Shown: one piece after another, positions 25,301 to 38,200 of the stretch | How positions within the stretch are numbered: the first letter of the stretch is position 1 | Layout of the letters: each line of letters begins with the position of its first letter | Assembly: GCA_002633005.1 (NCBI GenBank) | Contig: NMRA01000253.1 | Location: 532,710 to 596,709 of the forward strand | Direction of reading: 5' to 3' | DNA from: Phoronis australis | Taxonomy: Eukaryota > Animalia > Phoronida | Length of the DNA: 64,000 bases | Notes under the pieces: model-generated | Databases searched by the model: none | Seen by the model: the letters and a program-made list of their open reading frames with translations, nothing else | What the model was told of the DNA's origin: nothing | Translations under genes and position numbers: made by a program

Positions 25301-27380
25301 CTCTTACTTTGCCAATCACATGAAAAAATCATCATGGAAGGTGATCCTAGAGCATCATAGATTGCTTAAGAACCTCAGTCTGCATTGGTGAACTCACTGA
25401 GAAAATTACGACGGCTTCAGAAGTATTTGTCTGTAGAATATACACGACCAGAACAGACCTGTAGATGTAGCACGCCATTTACTATTCTCCAAGCCCGTGA
25501 ACCCAGAAGTCCTTCCCCCAACGCATAATGCGCCCCGTTTCCATCTGATGAGAGTGCACTATCAGGTCAAGGTATCGCAAAATGATCATTGTCCCATACC
25601 TGAGCTCCCAGCACCCTCTGATATGGGAGGGACACACACAAACTTATGCTTGCAGCCCATGCTGATAACACAGAGTAAAATCCCAGACAGCTGCCTAGAG
25701 ATGGTATTGTGTGCATGCCAGAAACAACGCAACAGTAGACAATGCAGATGCAAGAAATTTGGATTTCGATGCATATCATTATGCAGCACATTCATGATCA
25801 GATTCCTTGTATGCAAACTGTTTGATTTGCCTGGCTTCAAGCATGTTAAAAAGTACCAAAAAGTGAACGCTAAAATTGTGTTCAACAGGCCTGAAAACAA
25901 TTCATGCAACAGGGAATCTAATGTATTCAATAACAATAACTAAATCGTTTTTTATGAATATAAGATAACGGGATAGTGTGAACATTTGTCCTTATATTCC
26001 GTCAAAATAGTGTCACCTTGCTTAACGAGCATCGCAGATTAACGACTATTTTTTCCACATTCTGTAAGTATATACATCTACAACCCAAAAGATATGAAGT
26101 AAATTACTCCAAAAATGCTTTTAGCATGTTTGTTGACCATGAACATATATTATTAACACCTCATTTTTCAAGTTAGCCTGCAGGAGCACAAACTTAAGAC
26201 GCAAATTAAATTGTATGGTAATGGCGGCACCTAATCTTCATAATAAGTTTTTAGAGTTGCATTTTTTAGTTTTCATAAGTGATCTATTGCTCAAGAAGTA
26301 TTTATAAGAAGTGTACAGGTGAGAAATTTCGCCATTTTAACTGGTATATTGTGATTTCTATTACAAAAATACATCTGAACTTGACAATTTGGCCGCCATT
26401 TTGTTTATGCTAATTAGATGGTCAAAAATGCAAAATTAGGTTTGGGAACAGGGTTTGTTGAATTTGCCATGCCTTGATTGTGTGAAAAAGTCTTGTTCCC
26501 AACTATTACTAAAAAATGCTTCTAGAACCTTATACAGGGCTCTTTTCAGGAAATGCGTCTAGACTATCAAGAGATACAGCTGTGGGTGTAAAAAAAAAAT
26601 CAAAACTGACACTAAGAGGCGCCACAGTAATCGAAGCTGTTCGAAAATCATCATCAGTTGTCATCTTCACACTAAGAACATATAAGCTAATGTTCACAAT
26701 CATCCTAAGATGGCGCAAAATATGTCGAATCCGTCCGAACGAAAAAATGTCATCGTTTCTTTAAAACTAGGGATCCTTCCGAAAGTTGTCGTTTTCCGTT
26801 GACAACTTCACGCGCTAAATTTAATAAAGATCCTGCAGCTAAAAAACAAAACTGCCACTAGGAGGCGCCACAGTAGTCAAAGTCGGAAAATCATCTGCAA
26901 TCCTCCTCTTCATGGTAAGAACATACGCGCCAATTTTCACAATTATCCTCAGAGTGGTTTGGGTGATAGCGGGGGACACCAAAAATACACTCGAGAATAG
27001 TAAAAAATGATCACTAGATGGCGCAACATGCCTCAAACCCATCCGAAAACGGAAGGATAGCGTCCTCTCATTAATAGAGGCCTATATGCCAAATTTCATG
27101 AAAACTGGTTGAGGACCTTTGAAGATACAGAGGCAAACGTGAAAAACTAAAATTGCCACTGAAGGGCACAGCAGTAGTCGGGTCGGTCCGAAACTCGTCG
27201 GCCTCTGTCGTCAACCCGCAACACACCTGCCAAATTTCAGTAAGATCCTGCAAGGGGTTTAAGACAGCCGTGGACGCCCGGCGGAAGATCAGACAAAGAT
27301 GACGGCAGTATGCACCTACATATAAATATGTGGGCGCATAAAAAGGACACAAACACTCTTCTGGTGATTTCAATGCATAG
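22340..27380. mobile_element. Interspersed repeat with internal tandem units (Helentron/HINE-like), split by an Academ-like insertion
   Basis: Begins AACAAGAGCAACGC (same start at ~35925); repeated subunits 'aaaat/ctgccactag(g)aggcgccacagtagtc' and 'aaatttca(t/g)tga/aagatcc' at 22510-22680 and 26570-27260; related arrays at ~43690-45720. Family assignment is inference. Confidence 0.55.
22684..26566 (+). mobile_element. Degenerate Academ-like (AcademX-type) DNA transposon
   Basis: TIR TAGTCT(C/A)GACGCATTTC at both ends, extended imperfectly to ~170 bp (TTTTGACCATCTAATT...AAAATGGC); 3-bp flank TTA/TCA; broken ORF with FWWSYMDMV...RDGIWELHL, IDIVFDRY, NKANLAHFFS, THEEA, FHAATG, LPPT..A..H..RVHYQ and C-terminal Cys cluster CACQK...QCRCKKFGFRCISLC, matching the transposase/XPG-like/Cys-finger layout described for Academ. 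Confidence 0.8.
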
Positions 27381-28347
27381 GCGTCTCACTTGAGTGACAA
27401 AACGGTATTCAGAGCAATAACAACACACTGTTTCACAGAATGGATATCATTTTTATTGGTGGGTGTGTAGTGAGGAAAAGAGTTGCCATTTGGTAATTGC
27501 GTTTTAAAAATCACAGTGGAGTGGATAAAAAAGAAGAACGGTACATAAGCAAATTTAGCTCTATGAGGATCTTTGATGGAGTGGGTGTTCGAAACTTAAT
27601 ATAAATGACCAGTGCCTAAGTTGAACGTGAATCGCATTATTTTTCGGTTTTCAAAACAGACAAATCCAGTAGACGGTGAGTGTAAGGACATTTTGCATGA
27701 GCGGTAAGAGGATAAAACGACTTCTTTAACGGATGGTTCCGATAACGAGAATAACATGAAAATAGACCTGATAGAATGCCTTCAGAAGAGTACATTTAGA
27801 GGATGATCCGCTATCGAATAACGCAGCGAAACAGTCAACCAATACCAATCCACGTCGTCTTGGTTCTGCCAAAGACAGTATTGATGTTAAATCCAACAAT
27901 GAAGCCTCTCAAATACTATCATTACAGCATGCAAATGTTGATTGATCGAACCCGTGGCATGAGGCAACTCCGGTACTCACATTTGGGTTTTGTTACACCA
28001 ACGCCTGAGCGAGCTTGAACCAGACTGTGACTAACCCGTTCTAATGTATTCACAACTTAGTGCGCCTGGCTTAGCCACTCTGATGAAGAAAATTTATTCG
28101 CTAGTTTCTTTCATAACCCATCGATTTTAACAACTCGAAGATGGCTAGTCTTTGCTTTTCAGGTTTGGAAACGGTAACTTTGATCGTTTGTCTTACTTGT
28201 TGTTTCTTTTTGTACTTTGGAACTCGAACGCTAAACAGAAATGTTGGTTTACGAACGGAATTACATGTAACGTGTTCAATACGCTTTTGGCCAAGCCCAT
28301 GAATAACGACTAGCTCACGTCAATCTGTGACGGGGCCATCAAGCTTT

Positions 28348-29314
28348 TTATGAGCCGAGAAATTCGCTGGATACTCTGAGGTGAACATTGCACGCCTTTT
28401 CGTCATCTTGCGTGGTAATTCTCGCTGCGTAGGAGTCATCTAACAACGTAAAAATTGGGAATGCTCGAAAGATAAGCATCTACTCAGAAACTTCGGCTAT
28501 GAAACGAAATAAAAGGAAGTGAGATGGGGAAACAAAGATTGGTTGAAATATCTTCGTGCTTTTGAAGCGATAAGCTGCGATTCAGTGTGCAAAGGTAGAG
28601 GTGCTCCCATAATTCATTTGATCCCTACGTGAGGTCGTTTGGTAGTCGCAGTATTTTACCTGCCACGGGCAATAGACAATTGTTGAATTTTTTAACTTAA
28701 TCCAGAGTATGCAAGTTACTGGAGTATTTTGCATCGCATTTATTCTGGTTTGCACGGCTGCATTTTCCTGTTCTCACGATGTCTGTCTCGTTAGCTTTCA
28801 CTGCACTGCAGTTAATGCGCAAACTGTTACGTTTTTGGGCAGCAACGTCAGCCTGTTCAGCACATCTAAACGGTTAGAAACTTAAGTTGACATTAAACGA
28901 CATGCAGTATTTATTGAAAAAAAAGAAAAAAGTTTCATTATTTTCTAATTGGTACGTCCAAATTGTCTGGCACTTATCTGTCAACTGCTTGCATAAGTTG
29001 TAAATTTTAACTAATTACTTGATGAGGGCTCCCTCTCAAAGCCCGTTCTTCCACCGCTTTCTCAACAGCGGCAACCCTTTCTTGATGTTTAGTCCAAATG
29101 ATAGCTATATCGAAAGATATCTTTGTCAAAATCAATCGAAACCAACATATCATATTCCCATAGCTGTTGCACAATATCTCATATGTAACTAAGTAAATTG
29201 GTGATTTCTTCCTAGATTGCAGCTTCCACGTTTAGAGATTCTTACCTGCATAGGTGCAGCTGTTGCCATTCCAATTAGCGCTACAGACAGAAGGAAGGGA
29301 CTCTTTATCTTCAT
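28348..29314 (-). pseudogene. Candidate small secreted Cys-containing protein gene or pseudogene (orphan)
   Basis: TATA-like GTATATAAAA (~29441-29450, minus); exon 29314-29246 MKIKSPFLLSVALIGMATAAPMQ with GTAAG donor; tentative exons 29104-29019, 28865-28720, 28439-28348 are phase-compatible but include one in-frame TGA (29038-29036); AATAAA near 27452. Confidence 0.4.
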
Positions 29315-32300
29315 TGTCTTGTCTGAGAAATAAAATGGAAATTTAAAATAAATGTGTCGTCAGAGAATTGCGATAATGTTCCGTCATCCAAGGTTTGGTC
29401 CAAAGCTATCACAATTACACCGAAGTATTGAATTAGCGCCTTTTATATACATTTATGGAACACACTAAGTGCCGCCTTTAAAGACCGCTGATGCACGAGT
29501 TCGTTAGCTTGTGACGATGATGCTGGTGACGTTTAGTCAATACACGTGCAAGAAGTAATCGGAATTGAGGTTTCAACAATCAGTTGAATCATGGAACCAA
29601 TCACAACGGCACTCGAAAACAACGTGATTTGATTTTTGCCCGTAATGTGACCTATAGTGTGCGTATTTAACAGGTTCCATTTTATTGACCAATTGATTGG
29701 GACGGCAACATGATCGCAACATTGGCTACGAACTGTCGTGTAAAAAGTCAAATCAACCACCGTGATATCGAATATATATTACCAACGGCCCAAATACGTC
29801 TTTTTGATTAAAGGTCATCGGTCCTGAACTTACGCAAGCATTACTAGTTAGTTGTCGAAGACAAAGCTGAGTTGTCATGTGGTATTCCATAAATAATCAG
29901 ATTCGCCCAGTCGCTGCATTACGTTTTATTCCAGAGGCGTTGAAATCAGTCTATTGCAGTGCGGCCATTTGATACTGTTTTCCGTACTCACCTCCTGCAC
30001 TACTTCAACTGCCTTCTGACATGGAAAGTTTAAAGGTAGGTCAATGTCGATTCGACATTGTTAGCCAGTTCGATCACCAAACTTTCCGAAAATAGTTTAA
30101 AATAATACAATTGCAACAGTATAAATAACACTAAACATGCAATGAGGTCCCAAAAGTAAGTAACATCTGGTACAAAACTGTTGATTGTATGAACACCTCT
30201 GTCTCAGTTTTCAATTGCTAAATATTATATCGTCTCCAACTAAGGCCCCGATTCCTATTTTCAGGAAATGATACAAGTTGCACTCAACAGTTTGTGCTGG
30301 TGTGGGCTTGAAAAACAGGACCTGGCAGCTCCAGCAATCTGTTCTACATGGACGGTATATTATGCTCAAGAAATCGCTTTTGATCCATTAGTGTAGATTT
30401 AAAGATGACTTGTATTTCCCGAAAGTGGTTTAGCCGTTGATACAGTGTTCAAGTAGCACACGTTTTAAATTCAATATGAACCTTTCTCCAAGCATGTTTT
30501 CGTTTTACCAAAGCGTTTAGAATAATTTATACATGTACTTAACTTACCACCTAAATATGGCCTAACATGCGACAAAGTAAGCTCGGTTCAAAGCAGTTCG
30601 GGGCTCCAGACCATTTAAGTACGTTTTGATCCATNACACCTTCACTCACTCCAAATTGCAACTGTTTGTGCAGCTTTCGGGCTCCTCCCGAACTTGGTTG
30701 CCAATAGTTTAGCCCCAGCAATTCTCGGGCTCCTCCCGAGCTTGATTGCATCTCACCTTTCGGATCTGAATAACCAAATTGCCCCGTTCTTGCACACACA
30801 ACTATTAATCAGCGACTGGCTTGCCCGTGTATCAGAACTGTATAAATCACAACGCTGCGATACTAAATCATGGAACAACTGGATTGTATAAGTGTGAAAT
30901 ATTGTAGTTATATATTCTTACAATAAACCTATGTGTTATTCACCAACTTTTAGTTTTCAATATCACCCTCAGTCCGCACCGGGCTCGTAAAATCGGGGCG
31001 CCTTGGTCGTAGATACCGCCCCCGTTACATAATAATAGACTATGAGCTGAGAGCACCGTCGTTCGCAAGTTTTTCTCGTAACGAGACAGAACACATGTTT
31101 ATTTCTGGACTAACAGTTCAGGTATTCGTTCTTAACTGCTTGAGGCTGTTGCGATCATCTGATATTCAAGTTTTTACGTCCCGTCGGTGCTCCTTATGCT
31201 CTTGAATATTTGGTAGTTGTCCAGACCCCTGTATAGACACCACACTTTTTCGTATGCTAAAAAGGTGTGTGTAAGCCGATGTTCCAACAATTTTTTTTGC
31301 TGGTGGTGTGACTCATACCCAGATGTGCAAAAATGTGTTTTCACGAAACTTAGTGAGCCAAGTTCATGTGACGAAATCGAGAAGGGTTTTTAATTATCTT
31401 AAGAAAAACTCCAGGGACACGTTAAGTGCCAGAAACGTACGAGGATGCATGGAAATTTCACTGTTTGCCAACAAAAACAAAAAGTTGTCTTACACGGGGG
31501 GGGGTTTACCCGACCCCCCGCTCGAAGCCACGCGCCTCGGATTCGACCTTTGCGGGAATCCTAAACCCCCCCCTTGCTGAAAACGTAGATCCGCCACTGA
31601 AGATTAGAATGAGGTCAACATCGAACGTTCTGCGGCTACCTATGGTGTTGACAAAAGTTTGAAGTGTCAGAACCATAGACAGAGTGCGCGCGATGTCTAT
31701 GATTCCTGTTCTTCTTCAGTTGACGAAAACATTGCTATCAGCATAAAGAATGACCGTGGGAAATTCATTTTGAGGTGGACACCTGTATCCAAGAATAAAA
31801 TTAATATTAATACTCTGTATTATCTCACCCTCCGCGTTTCGTTTCTGTGACGTTGTTTGAGGTTGCGGTATCGTGAAACAACGCCGTCGGGTGAGAGAAG
31901 TTGCACCGAATAATTGGAATTGGCTGCAGTTCTTTCTTTTAGAGTGACCGGACTCAACTGTGCCGTTTTCTTGGCAAGTCTCCGCCGAAATTTTTCTGAG
32001 CATTGAAGACATCAGTCTTCTCCTGCGCCAATCAACCTTTTATCTGCTACAGAAATGTTATGCCTAATTTTCTACCATTTTAGCACACTTTGTGGCTCTG
32101 CTACAATTAGCACTGCCATAATCGTAGTTCTTAATTCCGCCACAGTATGCATACTTGGAAGTTAGTTTTGCTAGGTGTTCTCCCAAATTAAGCCACAACA
32201 GTTGTTCATCATTAAATGACCCAAATTTCTCGACACCATGGGCATTTCCGTCAACACAAAACGCACCCTTACCATTCTTAAAAATTCTTATATATGTGCT

Positions 32301-35263
32301 AATCGCTTCGAAGGACCGGCAGTAAACGTGGCTGGAATGTTGGCAGCTTCGCGACTAAGTCTACAGCTAACTCCTGTTGAAATTATCCATACTTCAAAAT
32401 TCTTGTTTGCAGGTGCTGGTAATTGCCTCCAATGGTTTTCATAATAAGAGACTAGAAATCCGAGTAGTCACACGCGCCCACTGGTCTGGTGCTGCCTTAC
32501 ATTTTCACTGGCCACCTTGTTACAGTCGACTTGCGCAATAGCCGAATTAATTAGTGTCCACATCAAATTTTGTGGTCAGTGCCGGGTACAGGCCCATGAG
32601 ACAAGTTGCAGGTGCAGCAGCAAATTCAGTACGAATTCATAAACCTTTTTACACACACAATTAAATGCGCAAAACTGCTCCTGTATTTCTTAAACCTTTA
32701 ATTTAATGCTCAAGCTTTACAACGAGTGCGTGTTGAAACACAACATTAACCTTGGACCAACGATGGACTCCTTGCATCAGGACCTTAGTAAGCGGGGGTA
32801 GGGCGCGTGCCACCCCAAAAAATTGCATGCCTCAGGGTCAAACCGTGGCAACCGATAAAGGTGTGGGGCTGGAGAAAGACAAAAAAGAAAGACTTCGAAT
32901 ACTGATCAGAGAGAAAATTCAAGAGAACATTGACAACTCGGTATCAGTGTATGGTTTACCATTTGAGGGCCCTGGCCAAGACAATTGTTGTTAGGGTCTA
33001 CGTTTTTGCAGCAGAGGTCGTCTAAACAACCTTAGAAGTGTGCACTTAATCATTCATACATGTATTTCGAAAATTCGAGAAAATTTGTAAAGCAAAAATT
33101 TTGCGGAGCGTATTAATTCAGTCCAAGTTTTTCAGTGGTCTATAAGCAGTGCACTACAGGGGGGTTGAGGGGGCTTTATCCCCACTTTTTTCAGTGCTGC
33201 GCCCTCTATACACCTCCGACATGACACTGCCAACTACTCACGTGGGGAAGTTGATATTACAAATTTATCAAAAACACAAAACATTCGTGCACAGCACAGA
33301 AGCAGCCTTGTGAGAAATGGCCATGCGTCACTGAACTTATCTGAAGGCTGACTTGCGAAAATTCGATCCGTATCATCAGACCACCATATCGCAAAAAGGG
33401 ACACTAAACGATAACAGTGATATTCATGAATGTCGGGCAGCTCTAAATGCTTTACTGAATTAAAAACTAGTCTAATGAAAAAAAATTCACATCGAAAAAG
33501 AAGTTCAAGTCATTGCTCATAAATTTGAAAAGATTGTCTTGGCACTTCCTTGATGCTTGTAGTTCCCTGTAGTATTGTGCAATGAATTTAGGTTCTTCTA
33601 AACCGAATCGTTTGCTTGCCATTCCCGTGCATACTGCAAAGGCTGGACACGTCGTGACTCAGTGACGCACCCACGTTAAAAATAAGGTGTAGTCATGCAG
33701 TAGACTGCCCGCATAGAATCCGCGCACAGTGATTGACGGGAAACTTGAACTGCAGGGGTTGAAGTGTGCATTTTTGGGACACACGTTCATTTTCCCCAGC
33801 CGACCGGCAGAAGCTGGACCAGTGGCCGTGTTTCAACAAGGAATTTTGATACAGCTCTATAGGCCAAGGACTTCGGGATCATACCTTTCAAAAAATGACC
33901 GTAATAAAACTGAACTTGAGTCCCGAACTTGACTGGGTCAAAAAACGACCTTGGAGCCAGAACACGGGTATAGGTTCGAGTTAAGCCGCACGTCTCAAAT
34001 GAATCATAGCGGAGCTGACCAGCATTAGTTCGTCGAATGCGCATGCATGGATCCGAGACTTCCCGGCGACGCCACGACACCGGCCACCGTGGCGGGAGCA
34101 AATTTCTTGACTAACACCTGCTTCTAAATGTGGATTTAAGCAAAATGACGCCAGTCCACGCATACACACATGCAAGCGTATCCAAATACAATTAAATGTA
34201 TTTTCATGTGAAATCATTCAATGTTCAAAGAACATTGTGTGAGTTCTTAGAACATTGAATTGTGTGAGTTCTTAGAACATTGAATTGTGTGAGTTCTTAA
34301 TTTTCTTAGATCTGCCCAATCAAGTGGAACTGCGTTTCAAGTTCACTAGGCACCTGAGGGTTCAAATTGGAAGCTCGCGTCGTATGACGTCATATGACGT
34401 AGGAGATGCGAGCCTCATTTGCATATATTAGTGACATCTGTTGATTCAAAAAGGAGAATCATGCCCGAGTACATGCCTGGGAAGAGGCATCTTTTGGAAG
34501 GGTAAACGTCATGTTCAAAGCATCCTAGTGCCATTAATATGCAGTTTTTGGGGACCAAAGTGGTGTCATTTTATAGCTAAAGAGTTAAGCTTTCAAACAC
34601 AATGCTTGTATTCCAGACGACTTTAACATCTACTTTTGAATTCACCTTTGAAAACAGGTTAAAATGCGCTAAAACAGTTGTCTCTTCCTGGTTATCTCTC
34701 CCTGATACTAGTTACAAAGATAACAAGCTCAACATCAATTAAAAGGAATTTCCTCAGCCACCAGAGCATTTTTGAAATTTTCCAAAAAGTGCTCACCATG
34801 GGCACATTATTTTCATTGTTAGGCTTCATTTCACATGTTGAAAAGGTATCCAATCAAAGGACAAAACACTACTAGGTTCATGATGGTCCTTGACCCATGT
34901 CATGAAGCTCAGTGGTTTAGATTACCTATTTTAACGTGATATAAGTTCGTGATCCACACTCAGTATACTTTCATGTGACCAAGGTACACTGCTATATATT
35001 CAAATTAATGGAAGATGCACGTAATTCAGCTGGTTCCTTTTGCAATTTAATCATGAAAAGATGAAAGCATGGAAATCATAATTTCAGATTTCCACATAGA
35101 GTAGACCATTTCTTGGCTTGTACCTGCCTAGGCTGCAACTACGGAAAGACATTATTCACCAAATGATTTCTTTCCTAACACTAGAAGAGCAAATCCATCT
35201 GATGCAAGCCCTCAATTTCTAATCATTTACAAGCTCAACACGCATGGTCTAGCATTGTGGACA

Positions 35264-38200
35264 TTAACTCAGAATATCCTTGTTAATTGTTCCCTCCTGC
35301 AGCAGAAAGTCATAAAGTTTCCTAGTCTTATTGACATCCATCTTCAGCAGTGCGCGAGCCTGAGCAAGCTTCAGCAAACCATTCTTCTTGCATTCGTCCT
35401 CTAGTACAGATTTGCACTTCAGGAATGACATCGGAATCAGACGAACAGTTGAGCATAGCTAAAGACAAGCAACAAACAAACACTTGAATGAATTAAGTAA
35501 TTACATTATTTTATAATTTATTTTTTAACCACTATGAACCATACTTCAAAAAACAACTTTCTTCAGTCCTTGAAATGTAAACAGTTGCAACAAAAGCTTG
35601 GCAACACTGTCAGGGCTGCTGTAAAAGTGACCTTTCCATATGAAATTTCATTAAAACATGGATTACACACTTATAAGCTTCTCTTGACTGCCCCTCCCCC
35701 CCCAAAAAAACCCCAACCCACTCATACTGACAAAAAACTTTATGGGCTGATCTGAAGTAATAACATTATTTTTTCTGAAACCTCGAATCACTTCAAAATC
35801 GAGTATGCAACAAAATGATATTTTATAACAAAAGTGGCTTAATGCAACACTTCTTTCAATTTGGGACACAACTATTGCTGAAGTTACCATTCTCCAGAGG
35901 CTTATTACTTCCACTGCAAATGACAACAAGAGCAACGCAGAGCGTTGAAATGCACCAACAATTGCACCCTATATGGTATACTTCTAGGGTTGTTTATTGG
36001 TACCATAAAGTGGCCAGTAGAGGGCATATATGTAGTATGTTGTACTTTGCAAAATGGAAAGGCATGGTCATTGTCTCCTCAATAGGCTAGGGGCAAAATG
36101 TGAGTGATCTTCATAATATAAGCACTTCCTATACATCAGTTGCTTAAAGCACCACAAAAACATAGAATTAAAAACAAATTTACCACCATAAATTTAGTAA
36201 AGATCCTGCAAACGGTTTGGNAAAAAACTTTATGGGCTGATCTGAAGTAATAACATTATTTCTTCTGAAACCTCAAATCATTTCAAAATTGAGTATGCAA
36301 CAAAATGAGATTTTATAACACAAGTGGCCTAATGCAACACTTCTTTCAATTTGGGACACAACTATTGCTGAAGTCACCATTCTCCAGAGGCTTATTGCTT
36401 CCACTGCAAATGACAAAAATTTTATGTCACGGGTGACAACTATAAAATGTACAAAATACATTTAAAGTAAAATTTGCTGAGAACTAACTTTTATCTTACT
36501 GATATCTAGATATCATCCAGAAACAATCTTCTCACAAAAAGTACTGTCGAGTCCCGCCCACATTGGCACCAGAGGATGGGGCATATTGAAACGCGGCATG
36601 CATAGTCATAACAATTGCCTGCATGCTTGAGCCAAATTTGGCTGATCCAACTGGGTTTTTTTACCATATCAAGCAAACAGCTGGACATTAGGACAGGATA
36701 ATGGCAACAGGCATCCACATATTAAACATAATATATAAGGGCATAAAAATGTTCTAATGTAACTGCTACAAATATACCTCTTTTTCCTTGTCATTAAGTT
36801 TCTCAAAGCCAGGCAGATCCACAATTTTCAACGGAGGAAAGACCCGGCGAGCTGTAAGAGAATTTTTTTTTGGATATCAAGAGTACTGTACAATAGGTTG
36901 GCACTATATTTGTCATTTAAGCAACATGAGGTGCCAGTTTGAACTCAGTTTTCTCTAAAAAACAGTTTGCACTTATTAATCAGTGTTTATCAGCCTTTCC
37001 ATTCTGTAGTACCTGGCTGAGGTAAGGCAGTGGGTATCCCCTTGGACAAACTCTCAAGTGCTGCTTGCCGCTGGAGCCAGTTGGCGCATGCTGCTTCGTC
37101 CTGATACTGAAAGAAGAAGGTAACAAAAGCATTAAAGAAAATTTAACAATTAGAATACTGCACCTTTTTTATTCACCAAACAGCAGTAACAGTAATGCAG
37201 CTCATGTCAATAATTTTTTGCCAACTGGTTGGAAAAGAGTTGGCTCTGACCAGACAAGCAGTGGTACACTACACATCATAGGCTTTAGTGCCACTTCTGA
37301 TTGTGAAGACACTGGACATGATTTTAGTGAAATTCTATCACAAAACTACGAGAACTGGGGATTTGTAATAACTTCACAAAAAAGAACAAATTTTGACACT
37401 TTTATAGCTCTCGTCTTGGTCCATACAACAACGATGCCAACAGTGCATAAAAGTGCCATAAAACTAGAAAACGCAAACCTTTCTTTGCAGATACAGTTCC
37501 TCTCCACATGTATCCACTGAACTCGACTATCAGGTAAGTAGATATAAGTAAGTAGGTAGTAGGTGGATACTAGATAGGTATTAGCTAGACCCTACGGAGG
37601 TACTAAAAAGGCAGGAGGGTAGGTAAGTAGGCGAGAAGGGAACAGAAAGATGACAAGTTAAGCACTAGGTAGGCAGCTAAATAAAGTCGAGTATTTTCTT
37701 CCAATCTATGAGACTCGCAAATGAAGAATCAAAATTCCTATACATCATAAATTTATCCCAGATTGCGTACTTTTCAAAATCCGAAAACCAGCGCTGAAAA
37801 CTTGCTTTACGATTGGTTGCACCAAGAATTGAGTACCTGCATGTTGAAATTGTAGGATTGAGTGTAATATCACCCACAAACTGCTCATCAGAAACTGACC
37901 TGCACATGTCCACATTAGAATCACATGAACAAGAGTCATCATCAGAAATGAGTGAGACAAAAGCATGCAACCGAAGATTCATGTTTTGTTGTTTTGCTGT
38001 TTACTCTGACGGTCACTAAATGATTTCACTTGGCTCAATAACTGGCATTTGTGACATGACTAATTTAGTATGACATCATCAGATCAAAATCTGTGAGCCC
38101 CAGATGGCACACGATTAATTGGGTGTTGTTTCATGGAGGCAAAAAAGAAGTGAAGGTAAGACCTTTACATATAGTGGCACATTAATTTAAAAACAGAGGA

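Noticed and set aside
27430-28340. SECIS element for the orphan gene's TGA
   Set aside because: No convincing ATGA..AA..GA kink-turn stem seen by eye; needs SECISearch.
31250-32460. THAP-like and Mutator-like transposase remnants
   Set aside because: Only faint, frameshifted motif resemblance; no termini or TSD identified.
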